A stretch of 64,000 nucleotides of DNA from Camelus dromedarius. Lineage: Eukaryota. The stretch lies in NCBI RefSeq assembly GCF_036321535.1, contig NC_087437.1, positions 101,496,001-101,560,000 on the forward strand, in the 5' to 3' direction. This document shows positions 50,642-64,000 of this stretch, piece after piece. The position numbers were made by a program, and so were the translations under genes. Position 1 is the first letter of the stretch; each line of letters begins with the position of its first letter. The notes beneath the pieces were generated by a model that worked only from the letters and a program-made list of their open reading frames with translations, searched no databases and was not told where the DNA came from.

Positions 50642-53396
50642 ACAAACCAGGATAATGCTATGAACAATTTTATGCCAACAAATTGGACAGCCATGAAGTG
50701 GACAAGTTTCTAGAAACATACAGTCCACCAAAATGCAGTCAAGAAGAAATAGATAATTTGAACAGACCAATTACTAGAAGTGAAATAGAATCAGCAATTT
50801 AAAAAAAAATACCTGCAAACTAAAGTTCAGGAGTGGATGGCTTCAACGAAGAATTTTCCTACTAAACATACAAAGAAGAATTTACACTGATCCTTCTCAA
50901 ACTCTTGCAAAAAACTGAAGATGGGAGAACATCTGTAACTCATTTTATGAAGCCACCATTACCCTGATACCAAAACACAAGACACTACCAGAAAAGAAAA
51001 TTATAGGCCAATACCTTTGATGAATATAGATGCAGAAATTCTCAGTAAAATATTAGCAAACCAAATCCAACAACATATAAAAACAACTACACCCTACGAT
51101 AGATCGAATTCATCCCAGGGTTAAAAGGATGATTCAGCATATGCAAATCAATCAATGTGATACATTACAAAAACCAAAGAAAGGACAAAAGCCACATGAC
51201 CATCTCAATAGATGCAGAAAAAGCATTTGATAAAATTCAACATCTATTCATGATAAAAACTCTTACCAAAGTAGCTGTAGAGGGAACATATCTCGATATA
51301 ATAAAAGCAGTTTATGAAAAATGCACAGTCAACATAATACTCAATGATGAAAAGTTGAAAGCCTTCTCACTAAAATCTGGAACAAGACAAGGATGCCCAC
51401 TCTCACTACTTCTACTCAGCATAATATTGGAAGTTCTAACTGTGGCAATCAGACAAGAAAAAGAAATAAAAAGGAGTCCAAATTAAAAGGTAAGTAAAAT
51501 TGTCACTACATGCAGATGGCATGATACTATATATAGAAAACTCTGAAGACTCCACACAAAAACAACCAGACCTGATAACAAATTTACTAAGGTAGCAGGT
51601 TAAAAGATTAATATAAGAAATCTGTTTCATTTCTTTACACTAACAATGAAATATCAGAAAAGGAAAGTTAAAAAACAATCCCTTTTAAAATTACATCAAA
51701 AAATAAAATAAAATACTTATAAATAAACCTGACAAAGGAAGTCAAAGACTTATATAAAACATTGATAAAGGAAATTAAAGGCTATTTAAAGAAATGGAAA
51801 GATATCCTATATTCTTGGATTGGAATAATTAATATTGTTAAGATGGCCATACTACACAAAGTAATCACAGATTTAATGCAATCTCTATCAAATTACCTAG
51901 GACATTTTTCACAGAACTAGAACAAATAATCCTAAAATTTATATGGAATGACAAAATACCCAGAATTGCCAAAGCAATACTGAAGAAAAAGAACAAAGCT
52001 GGAGGAATACCCTTTCAGACTTCAGACAGTACTACAGGGCTATAGTAATCAAAACAGTATGGTATTGGCACAAAAACAGACATATGGATCAATGGAACAG
52101 AATAGAGAGCCCAGAAATAAACCCATAGACTCATGGCAATTGATCTTCAACAAAAAAGGCAAGAATATACAATGAAGAAAAGACAGTCTCTTCAGCAAGT
52201 GGTGTTGGGAAAGTTGGAGAGCCGCATGTAAATCAGTGAACTTAGAACACTCCCTCACACCATTCACAAAAATAAACTCCAAATGGCTTAAAGACTTAAA
52301 CATAAGACATAACAACATAAATCTCCTAGAATAGAACATAGGCAAAACATTCTGTGACATAAATCCTAGTGATATTTTCCTAGGTCAGTCTACCAAGGCA
52401 ATAGAAATGAAAGCAAAAATAAACAAATGGGACCTAATTAAACTCATAAGCTTTTGCATAGCAAAGGGAACCATGAACAAAATGAAAGGACAACCTATGG
52501 ACTGGGAGAAAATATTTTCAAAGGATGTGACTGACAAAGGATTAAGTTCTAGAGTATACAAACAGTTCATACAACTCAATAACAAAGAAACAAACAACCC
52601 AATCCAAAAATGGACAGATGACCTAAACAGATATTTCTCCAGTGAAGATATACAGATGGCCAATAGGCACGTGAAAAAATGCTCAATATCACTAATTATC
52701 AGAGAAATGGAAATCAAAACTATAATGAGGTATCACCTCACACCAGTCAGAATGGCCATCATTAAATACCCTACAAATACAAAATAAATTCCAAAAAAAG
52801 AGAAAATTCTAATTAGAAAAAAATATATGCACCTTAATGTTCATAGCAGAACAATTTACAACAGCCAAGACATAGAAGCAACCTAAATGTCCATGGACAG
52901 ATGAATGGATGAAGAACTTTTGGTATATTTTTACAATGGAATATTTCTCAGACATGACAAATAATGAAATAAGGCCATTTACAGCAATATGGATGAAGCT
53001 AGAGATCATTATACTAAGTGAAGTAAATCAGACAGAGAAAGGCAAATGTCATATGATATCATTTATATATGGAATCTACTTGATACAAATGAACTTATTT
53101 TCAAACTAGAAATGGGCTCACAGATATGGAAAACAAACTTACAGTTACCAAAGGAGAAAGGGGGAGGGAAGGATAAATTAGGAAGTTGGTATTAACATTT
53201 ACACACTATTATATATATAATAAATAACAAGGACCTACTACATAGCACAGGGAACCATGTTCAATATTTTGGAAGAGCCTATAATGGAAAAGAATATGAA
53301 ATAGATATATATTTATGTATAACTGAATCACTTTGCTGTACATCTGAAAATAACATAACATTATAAATCAACTATACCTCAATTTTTTTTAAAAAA
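49660..53396 (+). mobile_element. Older 5'-truncated LINE-1 (ORF2 remnant plus artiodactyl-type 3' UTR)
   Basis: Colinear with the ORF2 at 44295-47766 but with many stops and frameshifts. ORF fragments include [23 protein letters not shown] and [12 protein letters not shown]. 3' UTR at ~53080-53390 with a decayed A-tail. No clear TSD. Confidence 0.93.
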
Positions 53397-53559
53397 TGGC
53401 ACATGAAGAAAAAGTTTAAATCTTTGTTTCTCCCTTCCATGGTATTATCATATTTTACCAAAAATTCATTTAGTTCTAATTATTTCTAATGAGAATAGCA
53501 GAAGGTTATTCATTCTTAGTTTTCTGGCATCTATTTTCTGGAAATTTGTAGTGAAGTAA

Positions 53560-54090
53560 AGAATGTACAATAAATATAAGTATCTGTAACACATAAGGTA
53601 GAATAGGATGTGTCTTAAGAAAACAAACCAGGTAAAAATGCTCTAGAAGTTCACAGAAAATAGTCATACTTAACTTTAGAGATCTGAAGTCTAAATGGAA
53701 AAAGAATCATTTGGTTTAAACTAAAAGAATGCCGGGAAATGTGAGAAGAGTGAAGGGAGGCCATTTTATTTTGACAAAAGTACATTTTCAGAGGCATGAA
53801 GTCTGAAAATAGCCCAATTTCATGGAGCACATAATAGCTTGATTTGATTGGAGGATAGGAGGCAGGAGGTGGACTAGTGAAAAATAGACTGTCAGCTTCC
53901 CCAAACCTGAAACTTCAGGGATTATTTGTAGTTTATTACATGAGCCATGCAATGTATGTATATCTTAATTACATATCTGGATTAATGAGAATAAGAAAGA
54001 TAAATCTGGTGCAATACCCAGGATGGGTTGTGGAGGTATGTACAGTAGTCAGGACGAGAGGAGCGCTGAGGGAAAAAAGATGAGTGGGGA
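53560..54090 (-). mobile_element. L2 remnant
   Basis: Purine-rich degenerate L2 antisense motifs (CAGAGGCATGAAGTCTGAAA; GTAGTCAGGACGAGAG). Confidence 0.45.
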
Positions 54091-55962
54091 GATACAGAAA
54101 GTGGTATCTTTCCAATCTCCTTGTCCTAACGAACAGGAGCTACTGTGCCTGTCCTAGGCTGGGTCTTTTTATTTTTACTAGGGATGGGTGTCTAAATATG
54201 TCCAAAGGAACATTTATAAAGACAAATCTTTGGGAGAAGTAAAATCAAAAAGGCAGATAAACTGTATAAAACAGTCAAATTTGTAATGTAAGTCCATAGT
54301 TCCTCTGGATACTTACTGTTCAGTAACAGTGTCCCCTAATATCTAGAATAATACAGCAATTGTTCAATTTTTTTAAAAGAAGCATTCAAGGATGATAGAT
54401 AAAATGTAGATGTGAAGCAATGGGGAATAAACTGGAGAAACAAAAAAAAGTGAGAACATTCAAAGTGGAAGGTATGAGATGAAAAATGAAGTTATCTGAG
54501 CTAAATGAAAGTGTTATTTCAACTCAGCTTCTAGGAGATCTGCAATCTTTGGCAAGAGAGGGGAAGGAAACCAGTAAACAGTAAGTCATCCAATGAACTA
54601 CTGATGTAGAGAGCTATCTTACAACTGCCCAGTGTCTGCGTGGAACTAAAGCATGTGTTCCTTCCATGCTAGAAGGGCTTGGGCATATCTGGGATTCTAA
54701 GTTGAAAACTAATTCAAGGCAAGTGCACAAAATGGGGACAAGGTTTAGGGCTTACCCACTAGACTTGCGTCGGATGACCTCATCTGCTGAACTCTGCTTG
54801 CTATCAGCAGTGAATGAGAGTACTCCATACTTAACAAATCAGCACCACACATCATCTATAGTGTCTACATCTGCCTGCAACAGATTAGGCCTGAACTTGA
54901 GCCACCTGTCCAGCAGGCTACTGCTGCATGTAGAAACAGTTAAATGTAGAAGTTAAATTATGAAAAAGACAGTGAACCCGAAGTTAAGGTAAATCTAAAA
55001 ATACTAGTTCTTGGAGCTCTTGTGTGTGAGGTAAAGTCAATTTAGCTACTTAACATAAACCTCAAAACTCCCCAGCAATCATAGTCAGAGAATTTTATTG
55101 GGTATTTGAGGATACTCAAAAGTATATAATTTTATTCAGACAAATATTCAGATTTTCTCAGGGGCAATGAATATATCTCCATATTTTTCAGTATTTCATA
55201 ATGAGGATGGTCTTAAAATAATCAGTGGCTTAAAATTTTTAAGATATTGAAATCTGAAATCACAAAAATAAACATGATATTATCTACATACATACGTTGG
55301 GAAAAAAAAAAGACAGAACTCATGAATTCCTGCCTTCTTTGATTACTTCTCTTATTATCTACCTTGGGGAACTTTAGAAAAATGTAGCAATTTCAGAATA
55401 CTAAGGGCTGCAAGAACTGGTCTGCATAAAGGCGAATCCCCAAATTTTCAAGAGATTTAATGGCTTTTTATAAAAACCCACTGTAAGTTTGTCCTCTGGT
55501 TGTTCTTAATATAGTTATTGTCTCTCACCCACTTTTCCTTTTTTTTTTTTCCAACATTTTCTTATTTGAGATGACCCCAGGGAAATCCAGTTCACAGAAC
55601 AATATTAGTGAAGCGTTTAGCTTTTATATTAAATGACAATTCTATGAACAGACACCCCTACAAGAGCCAGCCAAATCCTTTGTATGCCTGAACATGACAT
55701 GGCCTCTCACTGACCCATCCTGAGGGCAGGTCCCTGCCGGCTGTAAGCTCCTGAGAAATGATTGCTGACTTGAATTTGATTACTCAGATCAGAAAGAAGA
55801 TGAAATGTAGGGCAATCCTCAGGGTACAGTGCGTTCCCTGCTCCAAAATTCTTGGATATTGAAAATAAATTTGATTAAACAGGATATACTTGATAGCAGA
55901 TATCAGCTCACCATAATACTTAAAATGATGTAGTTTAATCTTTGGAAAGGCCATAAGAGCTT

Positions 55963-55999
55963 ACACACACACACCCACACCCACACTCACACCCACACC

Positions 56000-56030
<31 letters not shown>
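55963..56030. repeat. Compound (CA)n microsatellite
   Basis: Imperfect CACACC units followed by a pure CA run. Confidence 0.95.
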
Positions 56031-56259
56031 TGGTTTGAATAAAAATATATCATGTAATCAAAAAAGCAATAAAAAATAAGTTCACTACCTTCCCCAGAGG
56101 CGATTTCTTTCCAAATTTTTAGCATGTTTTCCACATATTTATTTACATCCAAATATTTATTTACTATTCTCTCATAAATCAATAATGTTATACATGACAT
56201 ATGGCTTTTAAATGGCAAATAGGAATTTTAAATCCTACTGTAAATGATATTGGTTATAA

Positions 56260-56690
56260 TTCTTCCTCTATTCTCTACCTAAATTTTTAGCAGAATTTTT
56301 CTTCTCCATTAAAAGTATGAAAATTCCAAATACTCAGTTTCTCAGTCTTTCTTGCTGCTAGAATATTTGCACATGACCTGGTTCGATGGGACCTGAAAAA
56401 TACCGTGGGGACATTTCTATGAACAGGGCTCCTCCTCGAGATAAAAGAGAAAGCCGTGGGTGAAAAGCCCCTCTCCTCTCTGCTTTGGTTTTGGATGTGA
56501 AAGAAGTTGCTCCTGGTTACCGCTACAACCAATAAGCTATCCACAAGGAACCAACTACCAACAGGGGACCAGTTCACCATCAGAGTGAATGGATTTAGGG
56601 CCCCTGTGTAACTGGGGCTGATGTACCAGTGCAGAAATCTCTACTTTCACACGTTATTAACAAAGTCAGGAAGTCTGTGTCTCGGGACTG
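56260..56690 (+). mobile_element. Old ERVL/MaLR-class LTR (MLT1J/LTR16-like)
   Basis: TTTCTCAGTCTTTCTTGCTGCTAG..CACATGACCTGGTTC..TTGGATGTG..CCTGGTTACCGCTACAACCA. Confidence 0.5.
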
Positions 56691-57529
56691 ATAAGAGTCT
56701 TTTAAACATCTTCTTTCCCTCTCCACTTTCAATATTTTTGTAAGACTGTTTGAAAAATTAATTCCATATTCAACACTTTAACTATCAGGACTATGTACCT
56801 ATTATTAACTGCTGTCATGTGATATAGCTCCCTTATACATCTTTTTGTTTTCTTGTCAATATTTCATGTACTCAACATTTTCAGTTACCTTTCTGAAGAC
56901 AGCAATAGTATTTTCTTTAAACTACTATCCTCTGAATTTTTATTCTCTTCGCTCAATTATTTTAGAATCTGCCTCATATTATTTACCTAAATATCTAGTG
57001 ACCTTTTATTCCCATTTTTTTTTGGTGGGAGTTATTTTTATACACAATTTATAACAATAAATTTCAAGCATAGATAAAATTAAAATTAATATAAACATAA
57101 TAATGAATGATGCAGCATAATGATCACTATGTATTTAGTATTTTTATCAATTTTCATTTATATAGCCTCCATATATATTTTGTTTTGCTAGATTATTTTA
57201 AATCAAACCTTAGACATCTTATCAATTCACTCATTACTAACTTAGATATTTTGATTTTACATTAACACCATGTCATTAACATCCCCAAACATATATTATG
57301 TCTTAATATATCTAAAATATGCAGCCCAAGTTCAAATTGTCCTCATTGTTCTGAAGAGTATTTTAACTTGGTTTGTTTAAATTAGGATGCAAAGTTCACA
57401 CATAACATTTTTTTGTTTACTTATTTTCAAAGAGAGGGTCATAATTTGGCACTTATAGATTATAAATAAAAAAATCAATGCATTAATCGAGTCACTGTTT
57501 CTGTGTACTGGTAATTTGATGATTGCGTT

Positions 57530-57755
57530 TCTTATGAAATCCTGTAACTTCATGGTTGGATTGAGGAGAGAGTTTACTTTTTCCCACCCATCGGTGCATG
57601 CATGAATCCCTTTAGCACCATATCCGAAGAGTGATAATCTAGCCTCTGCTTCAACAGCTTTATTGACATTTAAAATATCCAAAAGCAGTCAATCCCACTG
57701 TTTAATATTTTGAATCATTAGACTATTTGTTCTCATGCTGAAGTGAAATCCTTCC
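57530..57755 (-). mobile_element. L3/CR1 remnant
   Basis: GATAATCTAGCCTCTGCTTCAACA..CCAAAAGCAGTCAATCCCACTG..ATGCTGAAGTGAAATC matches antisense L3 (CATCCAGCCTCTGCTTGAATA..CAAGGCAGCCCATTCC..) from recall. Confidence 0.55.
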
Positions 57756-58609
57756 ATGTGGGGTGAATTTTTACCCTTCAGTAGATACTATGATGTATGC
57801 TACTGATTCTATGCAAATTATTGCATGTACTTAAAAAATTAATACATTTTATTCTTAAGATAAGTTTTAGTTTCACAGAAAAAATGAGTGGAAAATACGA
57901 AGTTCATGTTTTATATGCATTAATTAGTAGAGTGTAAGATACACTCTTTTTTACGTATCTAGGAAAATTCATGACATCATGAACTTGCTTATTACACACT
58001 TTTTTTTGTCACATAGGTCAGTGATAGTTACTAGGTTGATACAGAATTTGAGTATTATCAGCTTTTCTCAGTAAAAATTTCAGGAACAATCTTCAATATC
58101 CAACTTAAAGCATAATCATCTTATCAATAATAAACTGACAGTAACAACAACAACAACAAAACTGACTTTATGTAGTTGGAGTGGGTTTCAGCCAGCTGAA
58201 GACAACAACCAAATCTAAACTCCTCTGCCCCACTTAGACAGGAAGCAGGACTGCAGGCTTATATAAAAGAAAGGAAGAAAGAAACATGAGTAGTTTGGGA
58301 AGAGCGTGCCCCTATGTCTGCCTTAGTAAATGGTAGTAAAGGGGTCACAGATCCTTCCCCCTGAGTCACATTCTCCTCATTCATTCGTTCCACAAGGGCT
58401 AAGAGAAGATGGAGGCTTTGCCACTTGGGAATATTGAAGAAATAGAGTTTAAGCGATAATTCAGTGATAATTCAATATTTGCTTTATGATTAGTGTATAC
58501 AAAAAGTACCTGCTTTGTAAAACCAATAGATCAAGCAATCAAAATTAGATTAAAAATCCATTTAATTTTACACTAAATAAAAGCAGCTAAACAAACCTGA
58601 ATATCAAAT

Positions 58610-58845
58610 ATTACCTCTTCTTTGAAGCCCTCCTGTCCCTGTGCTAGCTGTCACTCCTGTGACCCTAGCTTTTTGTTCATGCATTTATCGTTGCGTGAAC
58701 TGCAGTGCACCCTGAGTGATTTTCATACATGGCGTTCCAACTCGCTAGACATTTGCCTTCTCTAGGGTATCAAACATACCGCCACCTAGTGCACAAGAGG
58801 TATCCAGTACAAATTAATCAGTTTTGAAAGAATGAATAAATATTT
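58610..58845 (+). mobile_element. L2 3' end remnant
   Basis: TTACCTCTTCTTTGAAGCCCTCC..CTAGAC..ACCTAGTGCACAAGAGGTATCCAGTAC..GAATGAATAAA. Confidence 0.6.
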
Positions 58846-59429
58846 TTGCTAAGGGAGACATCTCCAGTTCTAATCATTAGCATTATCATTTTTCTTCCAC
58901 TTGTGGCTCATTATATGCATAAATGTGGCCAAATTCTTAATTATATAAATCTGATTATATCGTGGGTAGTTGCTTTCCGTGTCATATTTTCATATATTTG
59001 GAACTTCAAGGAGAGAATTATGAATATGTTACAAATAACTGAAGTTCAATGCTAGATTTTCCGAGGTGACTGTTAACAAAGGGTATATATAATCATACAT
59101 GCTTTTGAAATTATCTGATGAAGTGAGAAGGAATTAATTATAAGAATTTTCCAAAACTAATGATGGGTGAGAAATAATGGATAAGGTTATACACATGTAC
59201 TACAAATATTTGCCACGGTTTGTGAATTTGACTTTCTTAATAATCAGTTTTTCATCACAAAGGAAACTCAGTGTGTGAACTCATTGAAATGTCATTGGCC
59301 TACTTTATGTAAGATGCAAAAAATCTGTTTTCGTGTTTTCTGTGCATGGCTGTATCTCCTAATGGTTTGTACTTGACCTTGACAGGCTCTCAATGTTAAA
59401 AGCATTTTCTGTAAAACTGCTAGTACCTT

Positions 59430-59464
59430 AAAAAATAAATAAATAAATAAATAAATAAATAAAA
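59430..59464. repeat. (TAAA)n microsatellite
   Basis: Perfect TAAA run. Confidence 0.9.
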
Positions 59465-61960
59465 GTAAGGTAGGGAAGCTATTCTTGTGATTTGGGAGAA
59501 AAGACAGAAATTAATTGGCGTCAAGTAATTCATATGCTGTAACATTAAGGGAGGCTGGGACTTGAATCTAAACAGACAAATATATTGTATATCACTGCTC
59601 TTGGAAGCAGAAAAACAAAATTTTATCCACATCTACTGCTTGCCATATGCCACCACATTTCCCTTGGATTTTCAAAAGTAAGTTAAATCTAATGAGAAAA
59701 ACCAAAGAGGTAAGTGGTAAAGGCAAGCTAAAGCATTTGGCAGCATTTAAACAACATATTACAGGTTGCACATACATCTGCCTTTGTAAGAATGAAAGAT
59801 CATAAGGGGAAAAATATATTCTGCTTTTAAAAACTATCTGTACAATATTACATGCAAACATTTTGAAAAAAAAAAAAAAAACCCAAAGAGGTTTACACTG
59901 CTCTAGGGTCAACTGTGTCTTAAGGACCTGATTTCTGACTCTTTTACGTTAGCTTTAAAATCTTAATTGCTACAACTTTATGTTGAGTTTGGTACCTCAG
60001 GATCTTCTGACTACCTCCAGGTAGTTGAGATTCCATTCACTCAATTTTATTTTTCTCTTTGGGTACATCAAAATTTACCATCAAAGTGTAGACAAAATGT
60101 GGCTTAAAAAACTTTAGAATGTAAGCCTTAATGCAAGTATTGTGACAAGTGATACCTATAATTAAGTAATGACCACATATGCTCTTATACTTCATAAATA
60201 AATCTATCTGGCCATTACACTTCTTCACCCAAGCTAAAAGAAAACTCATGTATTCCTTCATTATTCATAATATTTAATACATATTCAGGAAAAGTGTGAT
60301 GCACTGAAATTACAAAAGTAGTCTTTATTGTAAAAAAGACGGACATTCAAAAAAAACTTCTCATAAGGCATTTTTAATTATTATTTCCAACATCAGTGAT
60401 TTAGAATTTAACCATTTCTCAAAGTATTGTGCAGAGTTAGAAATACCTCCCATTTCTTGAAAATTTTATTCATTCTTGAACTTCAAAATCTCATTATTTT
60501 CTTCAAAATTTCATGTATACATACACATATATGCACATATGCTGTATTGTGTATGTATACACATATATATGCACATATACTATGTTATGTACAATTTAAC
60601 AATGATGTAATTATTCCATTTGAAACAAGAAGCAGCTAAAATATATTAAAATAAAAGGAATCATTTGTAGATATGCCTACAGATACTCAAATAACCAAAA
60701 TGTCTTTGGTAGCTAGTCCAAGCAAATGATTACATTGTACAATATGGATGTAAAATTGTTATGCAAAATAGAAGAAATTGACTATAATATTGGACATAGG
60801 TTTAATTGTGGTGAATTGCAACTTGCTAATATTAGTATATGACAGTAGTTACATAATTGTACATGTACATCACTGATACTTTAGTTCTGTTATTAAACAT
60901 CATTTGAAAGTGAGTTAAGTCATTTACAAATATCAAATAAATAACAGTATTAAGAAAAGGATATCATAATCAATATTCCTTTCTAAAGTTGAACAATACA
61001 AAAAGTTGGATATATTTCAAATGTTAAAATTTGATTTTGTTGCATTTAAATATCCAATTTATAAGAGTTCAATGTTGACAATAAGCAAAGATTATCCTTT
61101 AAACTCTATGTTAGAGAATATCCAAATTTAACACATGATACTTCTAAAGTAGTCATAAATATTATCTTGAATAAGGGGGAAATACCAGATAACTGAAGAT
61201 TCAATGTAAGCTTAATTTTAATTATTTTTTATTAATCCATTTCTAATACAACTAAGGAATTTCTAAACTATTAAAGGTAATTCATTTATGTTCATAATGT
61301 CCAAGAATATAATGTAATTCTGACTTGAAAGAGAAAAAGTTTATAATAAATGAATTAAAAATGACCTTGTTTATGTGTTGAGACATTGCTTCAACATTTA
61401 GCCTCTCTTTTCCTATACTGTTGTCTCACTTTACTGACATGCTCCTTAGCATATGAAAATAATCAAGTTTTCCGTGAAACACTCACCACTGTCTCTGCCT
61501 GCTCTTTAAGAACTCCATATCTCTCTCCTGCTATGAATGAATAGTCGAGTTCTTATAAGACCAACTGATATGCGTTGTACCTACTTAGTGTTATATACAG
61601 ATAGCGGGAGGGTAAATTTAGGTAATAATTTTGAAATCTTGATCGACTGCAACTAATAAGCTGAATATACTTATATCCATTGAACCAGTGATTTTACTCA
61701 TAGGTATGTTATTTCTGTTCATTCTTTTTTATTTTTTTCCTAGCTTGGATTGCAAGCTCATTTTTGACTAGGCTCTCTTAATTCTAGGATTTTATCACAG
61801 TATTTATATCAATAACATAGCACAATTACTGAAACATAATGAGAACTGAATAAATGTATTTTTTAAAATTCTGGCTCATAATATTGTTTAAATATTCAGG
61901 GAAAAACTAGGATTTTTTTAAAAATCAATTGAATGGTTTTGCTTTTATGGAGATTTTCTT

Positions 61961-62265
61961 TTTTTTAATTGAAGTAGTCAGTTACAATGTGTCAATTTCT
62001 AGTGTACAACACAATGTCCCAGGCATGCATATACATACATATATTCCTTTTCATATTCTTTTTCATTAAAAGTTATTACAAGATATTGAATATATTTCCC
62101 TTTGCTATATGTAAGAAATTTGCTTTTTATCTATTTTTATATATAGTGGTTAACACTTGCAAATCTCAAACTCCCAAATTTATCCCTACCCACTCCCTTT
62201 CCCCAGTAACCATAAGATTGTTTACTATGTCTGCAAGTCTGTTTCTTTTGTAGATGAGTTCATAG
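61961..62265 (-). mobile_element. L1 3' UTR fragment (camelid/artiodactyl type)
   Basis: Poly(T) then AATTGAAGTAGTCAGTTACAATGTGTC, homologous to 2083-2319. Degenerate 17-bp TSD TTTATGGAGATTTTCTT (61944-61960) / TTTATGGTGGCTTTCTT (62266-62282). Confidence 0.88.
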
Positions 62266-62384
62266 TTTATGGTGGCTTTCTTATGGTGTGAAATGGGATT
62301 TACCTCTTACTCAGGACTGGACTTCTTTTGGGCAAGGTTTGTGTTAGTTGATCACTTTTCTAATCACTGTTTCTATATAAAAAT

Positions 62385-63140
62385 TCTCTATGCTTGTCCA
62401 TTCAGCCTCTATTTCCCCACAGCATAAACTTTACTTAGGTGATTGTGCTTTCAAATTCAGAACTGGTTTGTGATTGGCCCAAGCCAATCAAAAACATTAT
62501 ATTATCCCCACTGCAATGTAATTATTTCAGTTAAATAAGGAAAGTTCTATACTTTCAATAAAAGATTGTGGAAAATTAGCTCTCTCTCCTTTCAAAGTTG
62601 TGATGTAACAATATGAAACCTGGACCACTGGTAGCTGTGTCAGTAGCTTGAGGGAAACCCACCTAAGAAATAAAGAGGCCAAAAGAATAAGGGGTAGCTA
62701 AAAAGGATTGCATACAAATAGAATGAGAATCTAGATAAAGCCTACCTTAAAGCTCATACCTTCTCTGAGATACTCAGCCAGTCATCTATGGTAGTCTCTT
62801 GTTTACATCTGTTGGTTCAGGTCTGCACATGTGATTGAGGATGGCTAAATCAGAGACTATTCCAAGACTTTCACTTTTTGTTTGGGAAAGAAGAGCTCTC
62901 TTTTTATTCTTCTTAATGGTAAGTACATATGTGGGCCTGGGACTGTTGAAGAAATTTTGCTAAAATAAGGGATAAAAGAAAGAGGAACGTTGAGGAGCTC
63001 AGAAAACTACAGAGGAAAAAAGCCCTAATTTCTTATTAAATTTAACTGAAGTCTAGCCAATCCATTGACTTTTCATTTATTTAACTTAACAAATTGTCTT
63101 TATATATTTAATCAGTCTGAGATTTTTTTAAACAATCACA
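62385..63140 (+). mobile_element. Old MLT1K/L-like LTR remnants (probably two)
   Basis: GGCCCAAGCCAATCA..AAACCTGGACCACTGGTAGC, then a second unit CATGTGAT..GGCTAAATCAGAG..GACTTTTCATTTAT..AACAAATTGTCTTT..CAGTCTGAG. Confidence 0.55.
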
Positions 63141-64000
63141 CCCTCTTGTCTGTGAAAATGGATTCATATTGTATCATGTGTTACATGTCTCATAACATGT
63201 AAGAGGATATCTGTCTGCCCAACAACTCCAAGTGACTGTTACAATTTTATATGAAAAAAATCAGCCTTTGAATAGTTACATTACTTTCCCCAAAGCAGAC
63301 AATTAAAAATTGATAACTATTGGATACAGAATTTTAACCAAAAATCTCTCATTTCAACCTTATGTAATTCCAATGTTTTAGAAGAGCAGCAATCTTACAA
63401 AAAACACAAACCTGTACTGTCCTCATGATGACACTGAAAGGGTCACTATATTTTTGGACTCTGTCATTTTCTTCACTTATTAATTTGTCTATTTGTTGGC
63501 CAATTTCAAACAGGATTATTACTTGATAAAATGCTTTAATATCAGATAGATGTAGAGCCTCCTAACTTTTGCAATTAAAAAATTATTTTACTTGTCCAGC
63601 TGTATCAACTTTTCCTTTCAAAAATATACCTAGTTGAAATTTTAACTAAAATGTCATCAATTTAAAGATTAATTTAGTAAAAGTTGGTATCTTCTAAAGA
63701 TTGCCTAGAGCTGGAGCTGGATCAGGATTTAGAGCCTTAGCCAAGAACACTGGCAGAAAAGAGATATGGGGTAAATAGGCACGGAGACCCATGGCCAGGG
63801 CCCAAAGCACACTGTTCTTCCATTACTGCTAGAGGGATATTGACAAGCTTGACAAGAACAAGTGAACAGACAAAGAGAGAAGGCAGCGGTGGCTGCTGCA
63901 TCAATAAAGATCTTGGCTTATTATTAGTCTGCCAGTTGTTAAACTATTTTCTTTCAACTCTAAACCCAATGATCTATGTCCTACTTTGTGATGCTATGGA

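Noticed and set aside
57377..57682. 101-aa protein-looking minus-strand ORF
   Set aside because: Overlaps an apparent L3/CR1 remnant, has a non-ATG start and no convincing splice sites.
1..64000. CRISPR array, operon, retron or other novel multi-gene system
   Set aside because: No repeat-spacer array and no gene-dense organisation. The only RT/endonuclease coding sequence is canonical mammalian LINE-1.

Overview
AT-rich, repeat-dense mammalian intergenic or deep-intronic DNA. It is very likely camelid (alpaca/llama/camel), judged from two short tRNA-derived SINEs and the L1 3' UTR types; this assignment is from recall and was not searched. I found no host protein-coding exon, rRNA, functional tRNA or prokaryote-style system. 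The dominant feature is a full-length, young LINE-1 on the + strand (40975-48161). It has a CpG-rich 5' UTR, disrupted ORF1 and ORF2 (EN, RT with YADD, Cys-knuckle) and a perfect 16-bp target-site duplication at a TT/AAAA site. It also carries a ~61-nt 3' transduction with its own ATTAAA signal and a second poly(A). An older 5'-truncated L1 follows (~49660-53396). The rest of the window is a fossil record of L1 3' ends, ancient L1M/HAL1, L2, MIR, L3/CR1, MLT1 LTRs, Tigger MITEs and a hAT element with transposase remnant. One ancient L1 has twin-priming inversion geometry. I see no evidence for a new biological system. The best leads are the 3' transduction, the inversion, an ORF0-like antisense ORF and a few candidate regulatory motifs. 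Subfamily names and old-repeat boundaries are approximate.
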